DNA of 64,000 bases from an uncultured Alphaproteobacteria bacterium (GCA_947053455.1 CAMRSV010000001.1:177010-241009), one strand, 5' to 3'. Positions 19,081 to 30,849 are shown, numbered from the stretch's first letter. Translations and numbers: made by a program. Notes: a model not told the origin generated them from the letters alone.

Positions 19081-19442
19081 AAACAAATGGTCGGCAATCA
19101 TTTTTTTTTCATGTTTGGGAGATGAGAAATAAGATGCCGACCATAAAGTATGTTGATGACACTAAACATATTTCGGAATATTATCCCGCCACCAACATAA
19201 AAAGATAAGACCACCAAAAAAAATCAGATGGTCGGGGTGTTTAGAAAATCGCACAAACTCGACCCCGTTGGATTTTTGAGGGGTTGCCCCCACTATTGCA
19301 TATTCCAACGGCACCCCGACCATTATAAGGTACATAGGGCTTAAACGGTGCAAACGCACCATCATGGATATTCCGATGCGATTCGCACCGAGTTTGTGAG
19401 AGGCTTTCTAACGGCCCCGAATCCAATATCCCTATTGAATTC
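19081..19442 (+). repeat. Composite intergenic repeat, copy A (nested inverted-repeat modules)
   Basis: About 130 bp at the left end (19087-19215) are near-identical to the reverse complement of 31064-31192. Inside it, ATGGTCGGCA (19087-96) and TGCCGACCAT (19135-44) flank 38 bp. ATGGTCGGGGTG (19228-39) and CACCCCGACCAT (19312-23) flank a 72-bp variable core. The conserved blocks GGTGCAAACGCACCATCATGGATATTCCGATGCGATTCGCACCGA and GGCCCCGAATCCAATATCCCTATT are shared with copy B. Confidence 0.8.
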
Positions 19443-19507
19443 AAATATATTATACAATATTTGAATAAAAACACAAGAAAAAACACCGACATTGTCGGTG
19501 TTTTGTA

Positions 19508-20896
19508 TTATTTTTCTTCATTCTTTGGCTTTTGTCGGGCATTTTTTTCCGACGCCCCAGACAGGTATGATTCCAACCAATGATTATCGAATTTCAGGGT
19601 TTTTACATCTTTGTTCTGTAACAATTTTTGTTGCAGTGGGATGGTGGTTTTCACCCCTTCTATCACAAATTCATCCAGCGCACGCGTCGCACGCATAATA
19701 CACGCCGGGCGATTTTGCGCATGTACGACCAGTTTTGCAATCATTGAATCATATGTCGGCGGAATCGTGTATCCGGTGTAAACCGCACTATCCACACGAA
19801 CGCCCATACCACCCGACGGCGCGTACTGCGTTATCGTGCCGGGATTTGGTATGAATGTTTCCGGGTCTTCGGCGTTGATGCGAAATTCAATCGCATGACC
19901 ATTGGCAACAACATTTGACTGGGTATATCCCAACTGTTCGCCGGCAGCAATGCGTATTTGTTCGCGCACCAAATCAACACCGTATACCATTTCGGTGACA
20001 GGGTGTTCCACTTGAAGTCTAGTGTTCATTTCTAGGAAATAAAACTTACCGTCTTCAAACATGAATTCAAACGTACCGGCGTTGGTATAACCCATTTTTT
20101 TCGCCGCCTTTTTACAGATTTCAATCATGTCGTCACGCTGTTTCTGCGTCAAGATTGCCGCCGGGCATTCTTCCATCACTTTCTGGTTCTTGCGCTGCAG
20201 CGAGCAGTCGCGTTCCCCAAATATGACCACATGCCCGTGCTGGTCGCCCAACACTTGAAACTCAATATGCCGCGGATGCAGTAATAGTTTTTCCATATAC
20301 AACGTGTCATCGCCGAAACCGGATTTTGCCTCGTTCTTTGTAATCTGGAATGCGGCCGCCATTTCATCGGCGCACATTACCGGGCGAATTCCGCGCCCGC
20401 CACCACCGGCCGCCGCCTTTAACATGACGGGGTAACCGATTTTTTCGGCGCATTCGTACGCCTCTTCCAATGTGGCGACCGCACCATCAGAACCCGGCAC
20501 TACCGGCAAACCGCATTCAATCGCGGTGCGTTTGGCATTAACCTTGTCCCCCATTTTGACAATCATGTCGGCGCTGGGGCCAATCCATATCATGCCATGC
20601 TGTTCCACCTTGCGCGCAAAATCGGCACGTTCGGACAAAAATCCGTAACCGGGATGAATCGCGTCCGCATTCGTTAGTAGCGCCGCCGTCAATATGGCCG
20701 ATTCATTTAAATATGAATCTTTGGATGGTCCCGGCCCGATACAGACCGATTCGTCCGCCAATTGGACGTGCATTGCATTTTTATCGACCGTTGAATATAC
20801 GGCAACTGTGCGAATTCCCATATCACGGCACGCCCGAATAATGCGCAGTGCAATTTCGCCACGGTTCGCAATTAAAACTTTTTTAATCTGTGACAT
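19508..20896 (-). CDS. accC: Acetyl-CoA carboxylase, biotin carboxylase subunit
   Basis: The ATP-grasp biotin carboxylase sequence is conserved along its full length ([23 protein letters not shown] ...). Confidence 0.95.
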   Translation of the reverse strand: MSQIKKVLIANRGEIALRIIRACRDMGIRTVAVYSTVDKNAMHVQLADESVCIGPGPSKDSYLNESAILTAALLTNADAIHPGYGFLSERADFARKVEQHGMIWIGPSADMIVKMGDKVNAKRTAIECGLPVVPGSDGAVATLEEAYECAEKIGYPVMLKAAAGGGGRGIRPVMCADEMAAAFQITKNEAKSGFGDDTLYMEKLLLHPRHIEFQVLGDQHGHVVIFGERDCSLQRKNQKVMEECPAAILTQKQRDDMIEICKKAAKKMGYTNAGTFEFMFEDGKFYFLEMNTRLQVEHPVTEMVYGVDLVREQIRIAAGEQLGYTQSNVVANGHAIEFRINAEDPETFIPNPGTITQYAPSGGMGVRVDSAVYTGYTIPPTYDSMIAKLVVHAQNRPACIMRATRALDEFVIEGVKTTIPLQQKLLQNKDVKTLKFDNHWLESYLSGASEKNARQKPKNEEK

Positions 20897-20898
20897 TT

Positions 20899-21345
20899 TT
20901 ATTCAATTACAATCAATGGTTGATCAAATTCAACCGCCTGGCCGTCGGTGACCAAGATTTCCTTGACCACGCCGTCTTTATCGGCCTTAATCGGGTTGAA
21001 TGTTTTCATGGCTTCGACCAGGGCGACCGTATCGCCGACCTTAATCGATGCGCCGACTGTTGTAAATGCCTTGGCACCTGGTTCCGGGGACAAGTATGCC
21101 ACACCAACCATTGGCGATTTCAGGACATGGCCGCTAACCATTTTAGGAGCCGGTTCACTATTAGTTTTTTTCGCCGTGTCGGAAATCGGGAAACTTGGCA
21201 TCGCAACCGTGGCGGCCGCCTGCTTTGACAGGTGAATGTGTTTACGATATACACCGAACAAAAACTGGCGTTCCAGTTCCAGTTCCGTAATACCCATTTC
21301 GTCCATTATTTTGGACATGGATTCTACATTTGCACGAAATGACAT
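20899..21345 (-). CDS. accB: Acetyl-CoA carboxylase, biotin carboxyl carrier protein
   Basis: The C-terminal biotinyl domain has the [12 protein letters not shown] biotinylation motif. The start at 21345 has a ribosome-binding site. The track ORF is longer. Confidence 0.88.
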   Translation of the reverse strand: MSFRANVESMSKIMDEMGITELELERQFLFGVYRKHIHLSKQAAATVAMPSFPISDTAKKTNSEPAPKMVSGHVLKSPMVGVAYLSPEPGAKAFTTVGASIKVGDTVALVEAMKTFNPIKADKDGVVKEILVTDGQAVEFDQPLIVIE

Positions 21346-21416
21346 AATTTTTATTCCTTCTGTTATATTGGTACACTTTATTTTCTGTCCAGATTTTACC
21401 ACATTCGTACCCATTG

Positions 21417-21671
21417 TCAAGGGACAGGGTCATATCCGAACCCACCACCAGGTCTGCAACGCATTATTCGTCGCAGTCCCATTATCACACCGCGCACCGC
21501 ACCGTATCGTTCAATAGACTGGCGCGCGTATTCGCTGCAACTGGGGGTAAAACGGCATGCACACCGTCCACCGATGACGGGTGAAATCACCATCTGGTAA
21601 AACTTAATCGCATGTATTGCAATGCGCTGGGAAAAATTATTAATTTTGCACATCCGGTTTCGACGCGTCAT
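21417..21671 (-). CDS. yidD: Membrane protein insertion efficiency factor YidD
   Basis: The conserved YidD sequence is present ([37 protein letters not shown]). Confidence 0.9.
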   Translation of the reverse strand: MTRRNRMCKINNFSQRIAIHAIKFYQMVISPVIGGRCACRFTPSCSEYARQSIERYGAVRGVIMGLRRIMRCRPGGGFGYDPVP

Positions 21672-22008
21672 ATGTTTTGCTGATATAGTGCAACGCCTTT
21701 CTCATGGCGTTGCGGCCATCAGACCGACTAGCCTCCAAAATTGCCCGTCTGGCAATAATTATATAATCCAGTTCGGGGCGCATTTGCTTTTCATTAAAAC
21801 GCAACCAGTCCCGCAACATACGCTTTGCCCGGTTACGATGCACCGCCAGTTTGAATGTGCGCTTTGTTACAATCAATCCATAGCGTGCGTCATCTGCAAA
21901 CTTGGCCGATTTGGCCCGTATCAAAAAAAACTGGCTGCGCGCGGTCGGGTCGTTTTCCGCCGCGGCAAAATCCTTATGATTCTTTATTGTATCTCGCATA
22001 ATGCGCAT
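21640..22008 (-). CDS. rnpA: Ribonuclease P protein component
   Basis: The basic RnpA fold signature is present (FLIRAKSAKFADDARYGLIVTKRTFKLAVHRNRAKRMLRD). The gene overlaps yidD. No rpmH is seen upstream. Confidence 0.85.
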   Translation of the reverse strand: MRIMRDTIKNHKDFAAAENDPTARSQFFLIRAKSAKFADDARYGLIVTKRTFKLAVHRNRAKRMLRDWLRFNEKQMRPELDYIIIARRAILEASRSDGRNAMRKALHYISKTYDASKPDVQN

Positions 22009-22121
22009 ATAATATCACAATATGAGACAAATCAAATAAAAAAGAGCATTTTTTTAGTTTGTCGCCTTGATTTTTTTTGCGCAAAGATTTATAGTGCAAA
22101 AAAGCAATTCACAACAATTAA

Positions 22122-23183
<1,062 letters not shown>

Positions 23184-23191
23184 ATATAACC

Positions 23192-23215
23192 AATGCCCCG
23201 AAAGGGGCATTTTTA
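23192..23215 (+). terminator. Rho-independent terminator after mreB
   Basis: The hairpin ATGCCCCGAAAGGGGCAT is followed by TTTT. Confidence 0.8.
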
Positions 23216-23266
23216 CTATTGCATTCCTAAAATTCTTTGATATAATCATGTGGCTTTGAAAGAAAT

Positions 23267-23335
23267 GGGTGGTTAGTTCAGTTGGTCAGCCGCGTTACGT
23301 TGACATCGTAATGTTGTTGGTTCCCTGGATAATAT
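23267..23335 (+). pseudogene. Degenerate tRNA-Val-like fragment (pseudo-tRNA)
   Basis: The 5' acceptor GGGTGGT and an anticodon arm identical to the downstream tRNA-Val (GTTACGTTGACATCGTAA) are present. The D arm and T arm are mutated and no complementary 3' acceptor strand or CCA is present. Confidence 0.5.
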
Positions 23336-23354
23336 CACTAAAGCAAAAAGTTTT

Positions 23355-23431
23355 GGGTGGTTAGCTCAGTTGGTTAGAGCGTTACGTTGACATCGTAAAG
23401 GTCGTTGGTTCGAGTCCAATACCACCCACCA
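23355..23431 (+). tRNA. tRNA-Val (anticodon GAC)
   Basis: The cloverleaf is GGGTGGT...TTACG-TTGACAT-CGTAA...GGTTCGAGTCC...ACCACCC-A-CCA. Confidence 0.88.
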
Positions 23432-23546
23432 CGATTTTAACTGGAAATAAAAATGCGAATGCACAAATAATTTTAATCAAATTTCAACGGGATTCTTTGG
23501 ACGCCCCGTTGGCGTCCATTTATTTTTACCAAAGGGCACGCAAATC

Positions 23547-25553
23547 ATGGCAAACGAAAATTCTAAAAAATATCTGATTACATCCGCACTGCCGTATGTG
23601 AACGGCGAACTGCATCTGGGGCATTTGGTGGGCTGCTGGCTGCCCAGTGACGTATATGCCCGTTTTTGCCGTGCACGCGGGCGCGATGTGCTATATATAT
23701 GCGGGGCGGACGAACATGGAACACCGGCCGTCGTAGGTGCCGCAAAAGAAGGAATTCCCGTTATCGAATACAATAACAAGTATTATGAAAAGCACCTGCG
23801 GGCGGTGCGCGACTTTAATTTATCGTTTGATTTATATGGCCGTACCCATACGGATTTTCAAGAAAAACTGATTCATCAGTTGTTTTCGCAATTGGATGCC
23901 CAGGGTCTGATTGAAGAACGCGAAACAATTCAACCATTTTCCATTGATGACAACATGTTCCTGGCCGACCGTCAAGTACTGGGGACATGTCCAAAGTGCG
24001 GATTTGAAAATGCGCGCGGCGATCAGTGTGATAAATGTGGTGCCACGTATGAAGTGGATGAATTGCTCTCACCGCGCAGCGCAATATCTGGTGGCACAAA
24101 TATTGAAATGCGCCCGACCAAAAATCTGTTCTTTCTGGCGTCCAAGATAGAAGATGACTGGCGTGAATGGTTGAAAACACATGCGCCAAAATGGTCAAAG
24201 ACCGCAAGTGCAATTGCGGCCGGATGGGCGAACGAAGGTTTGCATGACACATCCATCACGCGTGATTTGCCGTGGGGCATACCGGTAAACAAACCAGGCT
24301 ATGAAAACAAAGTCTTTTATGTATGGTTCGACGCGCCCTGGGGATATGTTTCCATTTCACAGGCGGCGCGGGAAAACTGGGCAGACTGGTGGAAAAATCC
24401 GGACACGCATTACGCACAGTTTATGGGCAAGGATAATGTAAAATTCCATGCGGTATTCTTTCCGCAGCAGCAGTTGGCCATGCACGACGGTTGGAAAACG
24501 GTTGATATGCTTAAATCCATGAACTTTTTGAATTTCGAAGGCGGCAAATTCTCCAAGTCAGAAAAGCGCGGAATATTTCTAGATGCGGCGATTGATGTTG
24601 CCCCCAGCGACGCGTGGCGTTATGCGCTGCTGGCGTCGGCGCCGGAAACCGACGACACTGATTTCACTATCGCCCGATTTGCCGATATTGTTAACAAGGA
24701 TTTGAACGGCATGCTGGGTAATTTTGTGTCGCGTGTATGCAAACTGACCGACAAGAATTTTGGAAACGCGGTGCCTGCACATGCGGCACCCGACACAGGT
24801 TTGACCCGGCAAATCAATGAAAAACTCTTGGAATTGACGGCGGCACTTGATGCATGTGAATTTCGTATCGCAATTGTCGCATTGCGGGGACTCTTCGCAA
24901 TTGGCAACGAATATATGACAAAAATGGAACCATGGGCGCTGGTTAAAAACGGTGACATGTCTGCGGCGGGGGCGGCGCTAAATGAATGTTTTCAATTAAT
25001 TGACCTGTATGCCCGTGTATCATCCCCATTTATTCCAACAGCCGCCGATAAAATGCGTGACGTATTCACAGAACGCCATGAATTGACATGGCCAGAATCG
25101 TATGAACGCCGTATCGCAGACGGTGAAAAATTTACCGTACCAGAAAACCTGTTTCAACGCATTGACGATGCGCGTGTTGGGGAACTGACCGAACGGTTCG
25201 CCCCCCAAAAAGACGATGCACCGAAACTTCGCGTTGCAAAAATTATCGCGATTGAAAATCATCCCTCGCGCAGTGATTTACATGTACTGCGCATAGACGA
25301 TGGTGTGCATAACGATATTCAAATCGTATGTGCGGCCCCAAATGTCAGGGCAGATATGATATGCGTACTGGCACCAGTCGGCGCACGCATTGCAAATGCC
25401 AAGAAGCCAATTGCACAACGCACGGTTGCGGGTGTTGAATCATACGGAATGCTGTGCGGGGCGCCTGAACTGGGGCTGAACGGGAATCCGGACGAAATCT
25501 TGGCGCTGCCTGGGGACATGAATGTAGGCACGGAATATGTATTGACAAAATAA
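23547..25553 (+). CDS. metG: Methionyl-tRNA synthetase with C-terminal tRNA-binding (EMAP/Trbp111-like) domain
   Basis: The HIGH-region reads PYVNGELHLGH. A Zn knuckle CPKCG...CDKCG is present. The KMSKS motif reads KFSKS and there is a C-terminal OB-fold tRNA-binding domain. Confidence 0.95.
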   Translation: MANENSKKYLITSALPYVNGELHLGHLVGCWLPSDVYARFCRARGRDVLYICGADEHGTPAVVGAAKEGIPVIEYNNKYYEKHLRAVRDFNLSFDLYGRTHTDFQEKLIHQLFSQLDAQGLIEERETIQPFSIDDNMFLADRQVLGTCPKCGFENARGDQCDKCGATYEVDELLSPRSAISGGTNIEMRPTKNLFFLASKIEDDWREWLKTHAPKWSKTASAIAAGWANEGLHDTSITRDLPWGIPVNKPGYENKVFYVWFDAPWGYVSISQAARENWADWWKNPDTHYAQFMGKDNVKFHAVFFPQQQLAMHDGWKTVDMLKSMNFLNFEGGKFSKSEKRGIFLDAAIDVAPSDAWRYALLASAPETDDTDFTIARFADIVNKDLNGMLGNFVSRVCKLTDKNFGNAVPAHAAPDTGLTRQINEKLLELTAALDACEFRIAIVALRGLFAIGNEYMTKMEPWALVKNGDMSAAGAALNECFQLIDLYARVSSPFIPTAADKMRDVFTERHELTWPESYERRIADGEKFTVPENLFQRIDDARVGELTERFAPQKDDAPKLRVAKIIAIENHPSRSDLHVLRIDDGVHNDIQIVCAAPNVRADMICVLAPVGARIANAKKPIAQRTVAGVESYGMLCGAPELGLNGNPDEILALPGDMNVGTEYVLTK

Positions 25554-25655
25554 AAAATGTCAATTATTTGCTTGCCAAATAAAATATTCATGATAGACTG
25601 ACAAGCTGATTAAGGGGCAGCCCTATTTTTCGCCCCACAACAAAAAGAATATATA

Positions 25656-25997
25656 ATGAGTAAAAAATTTAGTAAAGAAACAATGAGTATAAAAATCGTC
25701 TGTGCAGAGTCACAGGCGGATGCAAAGTTAGAAAAATATATACTAAACGACGTGTACGAGTGCAAAAAATGTAAAAATTTTTATTCCTGCGAATTGGCTG
25801 GCGGCAATTGCCCGTGCAGTTTTTCAGAAGAAATCGTCCGCGCTGGTATAAATTGCGGCCGCGAATTTGTCGGATGGTCTGCATCCGTGCGCAATGTTTT
25901 CGGAACAAACCGTGTTCTGAATATATATTCGCCGGCTAATCTTATCATACTGCGCAACACGATTGAAAAGGTGAAACAAAAATATAATGCAAGATAA
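25656..25997 (+). CDS. Hypothetical small Cys-rich protein
   Basis: This 113-aa protein has CxxC pairs (CKKCKNFYSC, CPCS) that could bind metal. No family was assigned. Confidence 0.4.
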   Translation: MSKKFSKETMSIKIVCAESQADAKLEKYILNDVYECKKCKNFYSCELAGGNCPCSFSEEIVRAGINCGREFVGWSASVRNVFGTNRVLNIYSPANLIILRNTIEKVKQKYNAR

Positions 25998-26541
25998 TGT
26001 CGGCGCGATGCGTCTGGTTTTAGTGTCATGTTGCGCGCCATGCAGCGCAGGCGCCATACGCCAATTGCATGATGGGGTGATTCCAGGCATTTCGGACTTT
26101 ATCGTTTTGTTTTTTAATCCAAATATTTATCCGGCCGCCGAATATCAGAAACGCCTGGCCGAACAGATAAGATATTGCGATATACTGGGCGTAAAATATG
26201 CCATCGGCGAATATAATCATGACGCATGGCGCGCGGCGGTGCGCGGCCTTGAAGGGGCACCCGAACGCGGTGCGCGGTGCGCGGCATGCTTTAAATTCCG
26301 GTTTTGCTATGCACGTGAATTTGCGAAAAAAAACGGTTACAACGCTATCGCCAGCGTTCTGGGTGTATCGCGCCACAAAGACCAGTCACAGGTTGACGAT
26401 GCGGCGCGCAATGCATGTGATGGGGAAATTGAATATTTACCGATAAAATGGGACGAAAATTTGCGACAACAAATTGGCCGCGCGTCTGACTTTTACCGGC
26501 AAAATTACTGCGGGTGTGAATTTTCCATTCGTAAAATTTAG
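25987..26541 (+). CDS. queH: Epoxyqueuosine reductase QueH (DUF208)
   Basis: The conserved LHSCCAPCS-type motif (VLVSCCAPCS) and a C-terminal Cys cluster (CGCEFS) are present. Confidence 0.75.
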   Translation: MQDNVGAMRLVLVSCCAPCSAGAIRQLHDGVIPGISDFIVLFFNPNIYPAAEYQKRLAEQIRYCDILGVKYAIGEYNHDAWRAAVRGLEGAPERGARCAACFKFRFCYAREFAKKNGYNAIASVLGVSRHKDQSQVDDAARNACDGEIEYLPIKWDENLRQQIGRASDFYRQNYCGCEFSIRKI

Positions 26542-26542
26542 A

Positions 26543-26572
26543 AAAAAACCGCCGTTAATCGGCGGTTTTATT
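26543..26572. terminator. Bidirectional terminator between queH and the minus-strand hypothetical gene
   Basis: The hairpin AAACCGCCGTTAATCGGCGGTTT is flanked by A-runs and T-runs. Confidence 0.75.
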
Positions 26573-27407
26573 ATCGCGTAATAAATAGTTCGTTCGCATT
26601 GTTTATCGCACGGCGCAATGCGTCGTGTTTTGCAAATATCGCACGTTCGGACAATGATTTAACACAAACACCGTCACCGGATAATAATGCATCCAATGCA
26701 TCGCGATTCCATGCGCCTTTATATTTAGCGCCAACTTTTTCAACCAGCCGCGCATCCGCATTTGGCGCACTGTCAACTTCCATATAAACCTGTTTGTATC
26801 GCAGGCCGTTTTGCATTATACGGTATTGCTGGCTAACCGGCATATATGCAAATGTCCCAAGAGATACAAATCCATGCTCACAATGGTCGGGAAAATATTT
26901 GTGAATATTCAGAAAACTGTCATCACTTAAAAGTTTTGGCTGCTTTATTTGCATTATGCTGCATATTTTATCAACCATTTCCTGCGTCAGGGGCGCGTCC
27001 ATACCGCACCCGTCGACATTGTAATTTAAAGTCATCATCGGCAGCAGTGGTGAAAAACCGTTTCCAAAATCCACAATCAGGGAATTGTCCGCAACACCAT
27101 TTGCCATATTATTATAGGCACTTGCAAAGCGGTGTGCATAATAAAAACTGCGGTACGGCACGGCGATTTTATCAACCACCCATGCAGTAAACTTTGGATT
27201 TTTCAAGGCTAATAACGCCCGACCTACGCGCCCCAGATAACGCTTGTAACATGGCATTTGAAATAGCGACATTAACGCACCGTTCCATTCATGAACAAAG
27301 TCAATCGTATACATGGGCATATTCGGCATCAGCTGCCAATATTTTTGTAATCCACCTTCTAGCCCTAATGCGCACGTTAACATTATATCCATCGATTTTT
27401 GATTCAT
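26571..27407 (-). CDS. Hypothetical protein; there is a weak hint of a SAM-methyltransferase-like motif I
   Basis: This is a 278-aa ORF with good coding appearance. IVDFGNGFS resembles a Rossmann motif I, but no confident family was assigned. Confidence 0.45.
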   Translation of the reverse strand: MNQKSMDIMLTCALGLEGGLQKYWQLMPNMPMYTIDFVHEWNGALMSLFQMPCYKRYLGRVGRALLALKNPKFTAWVVDKIAVPYRSFYYAHRFASAYNNMANGVADNSLIVDFGNGFSPLLPMMTLNYNVDGCGMDAPLTQEMVDKICSIMQIKQPKLLSDDSFLNIHKYFPDHCEHGFVSLGTFAYMPVSQQYRIMQNGLRYKQVYMEVDSAPNADARLVEKVGAKYKGAWNRDALDALLSGDGVCVKSLSERAIFAKHDALRRAINNANELFITR

Positions 27408-27532
27408 TATAAATTTTCCTTTTTTATTCAGATATAAATTCTATACAAACAATTGTGTTTTGTCAACATAATATCAAAATATTTGCGATATGATAAATTC
27501 CCGTCTATAATTGCATAGTTAAAGGAGTCTTT

Positions 27533-28408
27533 ATGTCATCAATTTTAGTTTTCCCGGGTCAAGGTTCGCAATCAGTCGGCATGGCACGTGAATTATATGA
27601 AACAAATCCTGCGGCGCGTGCCGTGTTCGAAGAAGTTGACGACGCGTTGAATCAAAAACTGTCGGACATTATATTCAACGGCCCGATGGAGGATTTAACA
27701 CTAACCGCAAATGTTCAGCCGGCAATCATGGCGGTATCAATTGCAATGATGCGTGCGGGCAATGTTAAGCTTACCCCGTATGTCGCGGGACATTCGTTGG
27801 GGGAATACACGGCGCTGTGCGCGGCGGGTGCACTGTCACTGCGCGATACGGCAAAACTTCTGCGATTGCGCGGGGACGCGATGCAGCGCGCGGCGCCGGT
27901 TGGCGCGGGGCTGACCGCGGTTGTTCTGGGGCTGGAAATTGACGCGGTCCGTGAAATATGTGATGCCGCCGGGTGCGACGTTGCAAATGACAATTCCCCG
28001 GGTCAAGTTGTAATATCGGGTCCGCGCGATGCGGTTGAACGTGCGATGCAATTTGCCAAAGACGCCGGCGCGAAACGCGCGTTGCCGTTGGCGTTGTCGG
28101 TGCCGGTTCATTGCCGTATGCAGAGTCCGGCCGCCGACGAGATGCGCGCCGCATTGGAAAGCACGGAAATAAAGCGCCCAGTCGCCAAACTAATTTCGAA
28201 CAAAACGGCCGCCCCAATGGATGACCCGGACGAGATAAAAGATGCCTTGGTCTATCAAATGACGCATGGCGTACGCTGGCGTGAAAGTGTTATGGCAATG
28301 AAAGATTTGGGAATAACAGAAACCATCGAAGTTGGACCGGGTGCGGTTTTAACGGGACTTACCGGGCGCATTTGTCCGGACATGACATCTAAAAAATTGG
28401 AGATATAA
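27533..28408 (+). CDS. fabD: Malonyl CoA-ACP transacylase
   Basis: FPGQGSQSVGM and the active-site motif GHSLGEYTALCAAG are present. Confidence 0.93.
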   Translation: MSSILVFPGQGSQSVGMARELYETNPAARAVFEEVDDALNQKLSDIIFNGPMEDLTLTANVQPAIMAVSIAMMRAGNVKLTPYVAGHSLGEYTALCAAGALSLRDTAKLLRLRGDAMQRAAPVGAGLTAVVLGLEIDAVREICDAAGCDVANDNSPGQVVISGPRDAVERAMQFAKDAGAKRALPLALSVPVHCRMQSPAADEMRAALESTEIKRPVAKLISNKTAAPMDDPDEIKDALVYQMTHGVRWRESVMAMKDLGITETIEVGPGAVLTGLTGRICPDMTSKKLEI

Positions 28409-28409
28409 A

Positions 28410-29138
28410 ATGTTTGATTTAAAAGATAGAGTTGTTTTGATTACGGGCGCAACCGGCGGCATTGGCGGTGCAATTGCAAAAAAGATGAAGGAAGCCGGCG
28501 CGACCGTCGTTGTGTCGGGTCGCAATACGGCGAAACTGGAATCCGAATTCGGTGACGAATTTATCAAGATTCCGGCGGATTTGTCGGCGGATGGCGCGGC
28601 GGTGGAACTGGTCATGAACACGATTGAGGCGGCCGGCAAAATCGACATCGTCGTCAACAATGCCGGTATTACAAAAGATGGCCTGGTCATGCGCATGACC
28701 GACGAACAGTTCGATGATGTTATTAACACAAACCTGCGCAGCACGTTTAAGATTTGCCGCGCGTGCATCATGCCGATGATGAAGAACCGCTTTGGCCGTA
28801 TTATCAACATGGCATCAATTATCGGCGTTATCGGTGGCCCAGGCCAGGCGAACTATGCCGCATCTAAGGGCGGAATGATTGCAATGACAAAATCCATCGC
28901 GGCCGAGGTTGCATCCCGCGGAATCACCGCGAACTGTATCGCACCGGGATTTATCAAAACCCCGATGACAGACGTTTTGCCAGATGAGTTAAAGGCGGCA
29001 TACCTGGCGCAAATCCCGGCGGGTCGTTTTGGCGAACCGGATGACATCGCGAACGCGTGCGTATTCTTGGCGTCAAACGAGGCATCATACATCAACGGTC
29101 AAACATTGAATGTAAACGGCGGTATGGGACGCTTTTAA
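28410..29138 (+). CDS. fabG: 3-oxoacyl-ACP reductase
   Basis: The SDR motifs TGATGGIGGAIA, NNAGI and YAASKGG are present. The gene directly follows fabD. Confidence 0.93.
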   Translation: MFDLKDRVVLITGATGGIGGAIAKKMKEAGATVVVSGRNTAKLESEFGDEFIKIPADLSADGAAVELVMNTIEAAGKIDIVVNNAGITKDGLVMRMTDEQFDDVINTNLRSTFKICRACIMPMMKNRFGRIINMASIIGVIGGPGQANYAASKGGMIAMTKSIAAEVASRGITANCIAPGFIKTPMTDVLPDELKAAYLAQIPAGRFGEPDDIANACVFLASNEASYINGQTLNVNGGMGRF

Positions 29139-29150
29139 TCGGCGGATGAA

Positions 29151-30794
29151 ATGACGGAATTTGATGTAATCGTTATCGGTGGCGGTCACGCCGGGGTTGA
29201 GGCGGCCGCCGCATCCGCGCGACGCGGGGCGCGGACGCTGCTGCTGACACAAATGGTGTCTGATTTGGGGGCAATGTCGTGCAACCCCAGTATCGGCGGC
29301 CCTGGCAAATCCCAAATGGTTGCGGAAATTGATGCGCTGGGGGGCGTGATGGGTCGCGCGGCGGATGCAAGCGGGATTCATTTTCGCATGCTGAACGCGA
29401 CGCACGGCGCGGCAACGCGCGCGCTGCGCGCACAGATTGACCGCGGATTATATCATGACGCGGTGATTAAAATATTAAATGAATATGAAAATTTAACCAT
29501 CGTTTTTGAAACAGTCGATCATTTGGATTTGATACACAAAACCGTCAATAATAAATATTTGGCGCGCGCAATTGTGATTACGACCGGGACGTTTTTGGGG
29601 GGGCTTGTCACACGCGGTGCGGAAAAAATTCCGTCGGGTCGCCTGATGGACAATGGCGAATATCAGGCGCCAGATACAAATATATCGGCGGTTCTGCGGG
29701 ACGCAGGGTTTGACATAATGCGCCTTAAAACCGGGACACCCGCACGCATATATCGGCACAGCATTGATTTTTCCGTCTGTGAAACCCAACCCGCGGACAA
29801 TCCGCATGACTGGTTCCACGGTTGTGACACAGACAATAATTTTGACGCATTGTGCTATATCACGCATACGACGACCGAAACACATAACATTATTCGTGAT
29901 AACATTAAAAACGCGCCCATGTATAATGGCGACATTCGCGGCACCGGCCCCAGATATTGCCCAAGCCTGGAAGACAAGGTAATGCGTTTCCCCGACCACA
30001 CATCCCACCATGTGTTTTTAGAGCCCGAGGGCCTAAACAGTGACCTGATATATCCGAACGGCATATCGACCAGTTTTGGCGCAGATATTCAGGACGCATG
30101 GATTCGCACAATTCCGGGTTTGGAAAATGCGGTTGTTGCGCGGTACGGATACGCAATTGAATATGATGCGATTGATGCGCGCGCGCTGCGTGCGACATTG
30201 GAATCCAAGGCGATGCCGGGTGTATTCTTTGCGGGACAAATAAACGGCACATCAGGATATGAAGAAGCCGCCGCCCAAGGCATAGTTGCCGGCGCGAATG
30301 CCGCAGCCACGGCAATCGGGTTGGGTGCCCTGGAACTGGACCGGACGTGCGCCATGATTGGCGTTATGATTGACGACATAACGACAATGGGCGTGGACGA
30401 ACCGTACAGAATGTTTTCGTCGCGCGCGGAATACCGGTTGCATCTGCGGGCGGATAACGCGATTGCGCGCCTGGGGGACGCGGCGGTGGAACTGGGGCTG
30501 TTAAGTGCGACCGCCCGTGACGAAATATATGCACGCCGTGCCGCGCAGATTGCTGAAAACGATAAATTTTACGCGGGCTACATTGAACGCAACGCCCGCG
30601 AAATTGCGGCATACCGGCGCGACATGGAATTAAAGATTCCGGCAAATATTGATTACACAAAAATGCCGGGATTAACGGGTGAATTGGTGGAAAAATTAAA
30701 CCGAGTGCGCCCGGAAAACATTGCGGCTCTGTCGCGCATACCGGGCATGACGCCGGCGGGGATAATGGTTGTTTTGCGCGCGGTAAAGCGTTGA
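29151..30794 (+). CDS. mnmG: tRNA uridine 5-carboxymethylaminomethyl modification enzyme MnmG (GidA), short form
   Basis: The FAD motif reads [29 protein letters not shown] and the MnmG C-terminal helical domain ending in [10 protein letters not shown] are present. At 547 aa it lacks about 70 residues of the linker seen in E. coli MnmG. Confidence 0.88.
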   Translation: MTEFDVIVIGGGHAGVEAAAASARRGARTLLLTQMVSDLGAMSCNPSIGGPGKSQMVAEIDALGGVMGRAADASGIHFRMLNATHGAATRALRAQIDRGLYHDAVIKILNEYENLTIVFETVDHLDLIHKTVNNKYLARAIVITTGTFLGGLVTRGAEKIPSGRLMDNGEYQAPDTNISAVLRDAGFDIMRLKTGTPARIYRHSIDFSVCETQPADNPHDWFHGCDTDNNFDALCYITHTTTETHNIIRDNIKNAPMYNGDIRGTGPRYCPSLEDKVMRFPDHTSHHVFLEPEGLNSDLIYPNGISTSFGADIQDAWIRTIPGLENAVVARYGYAIEYDAIDARALRATLESKAMPGVFFAGQINGTSGYEEAAAQGIVAGANAAATAIGLGALELDRTCAMIGVMIDDITTMGVDEPYRMFSSRAEYRLHLRADNAIARLGDAAVELGLLSATARDEIYARRAAQIAENDKFYAGYIERNAREIAAYRRDMELKIPANIDYTKMPGLTGELVEKLNRVRPENIAALSRIPGMTPAGIMVVLRAVKR

Positions 30795-30849
30795 TGCGCC
30801 CGCACAATTTTTCCTATCTTTTTTCGTTTTAATAATGTATAATTCATTT

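Noticed and set aside
19162-19365. A 67-aa ORF in the repeat, and its counterpart at 30930-31112 (60 aa) with a similar MMVRLHR... start
   Set aside because: Both lie entirely inside the two repeat copies and are conserved only because the DNA repeat is conserved. The variable core changes the middle of the protein. They are most likely non-coding.
29460-29560. An AT-rich patch inside mnmG that looked like a possible insertion
   Set aside because: The reading frame is continuous and the encoded residues ([21 protein letters not shown]) align with the MnmG FAD-domain insertion region. It is not a mobile insertion.
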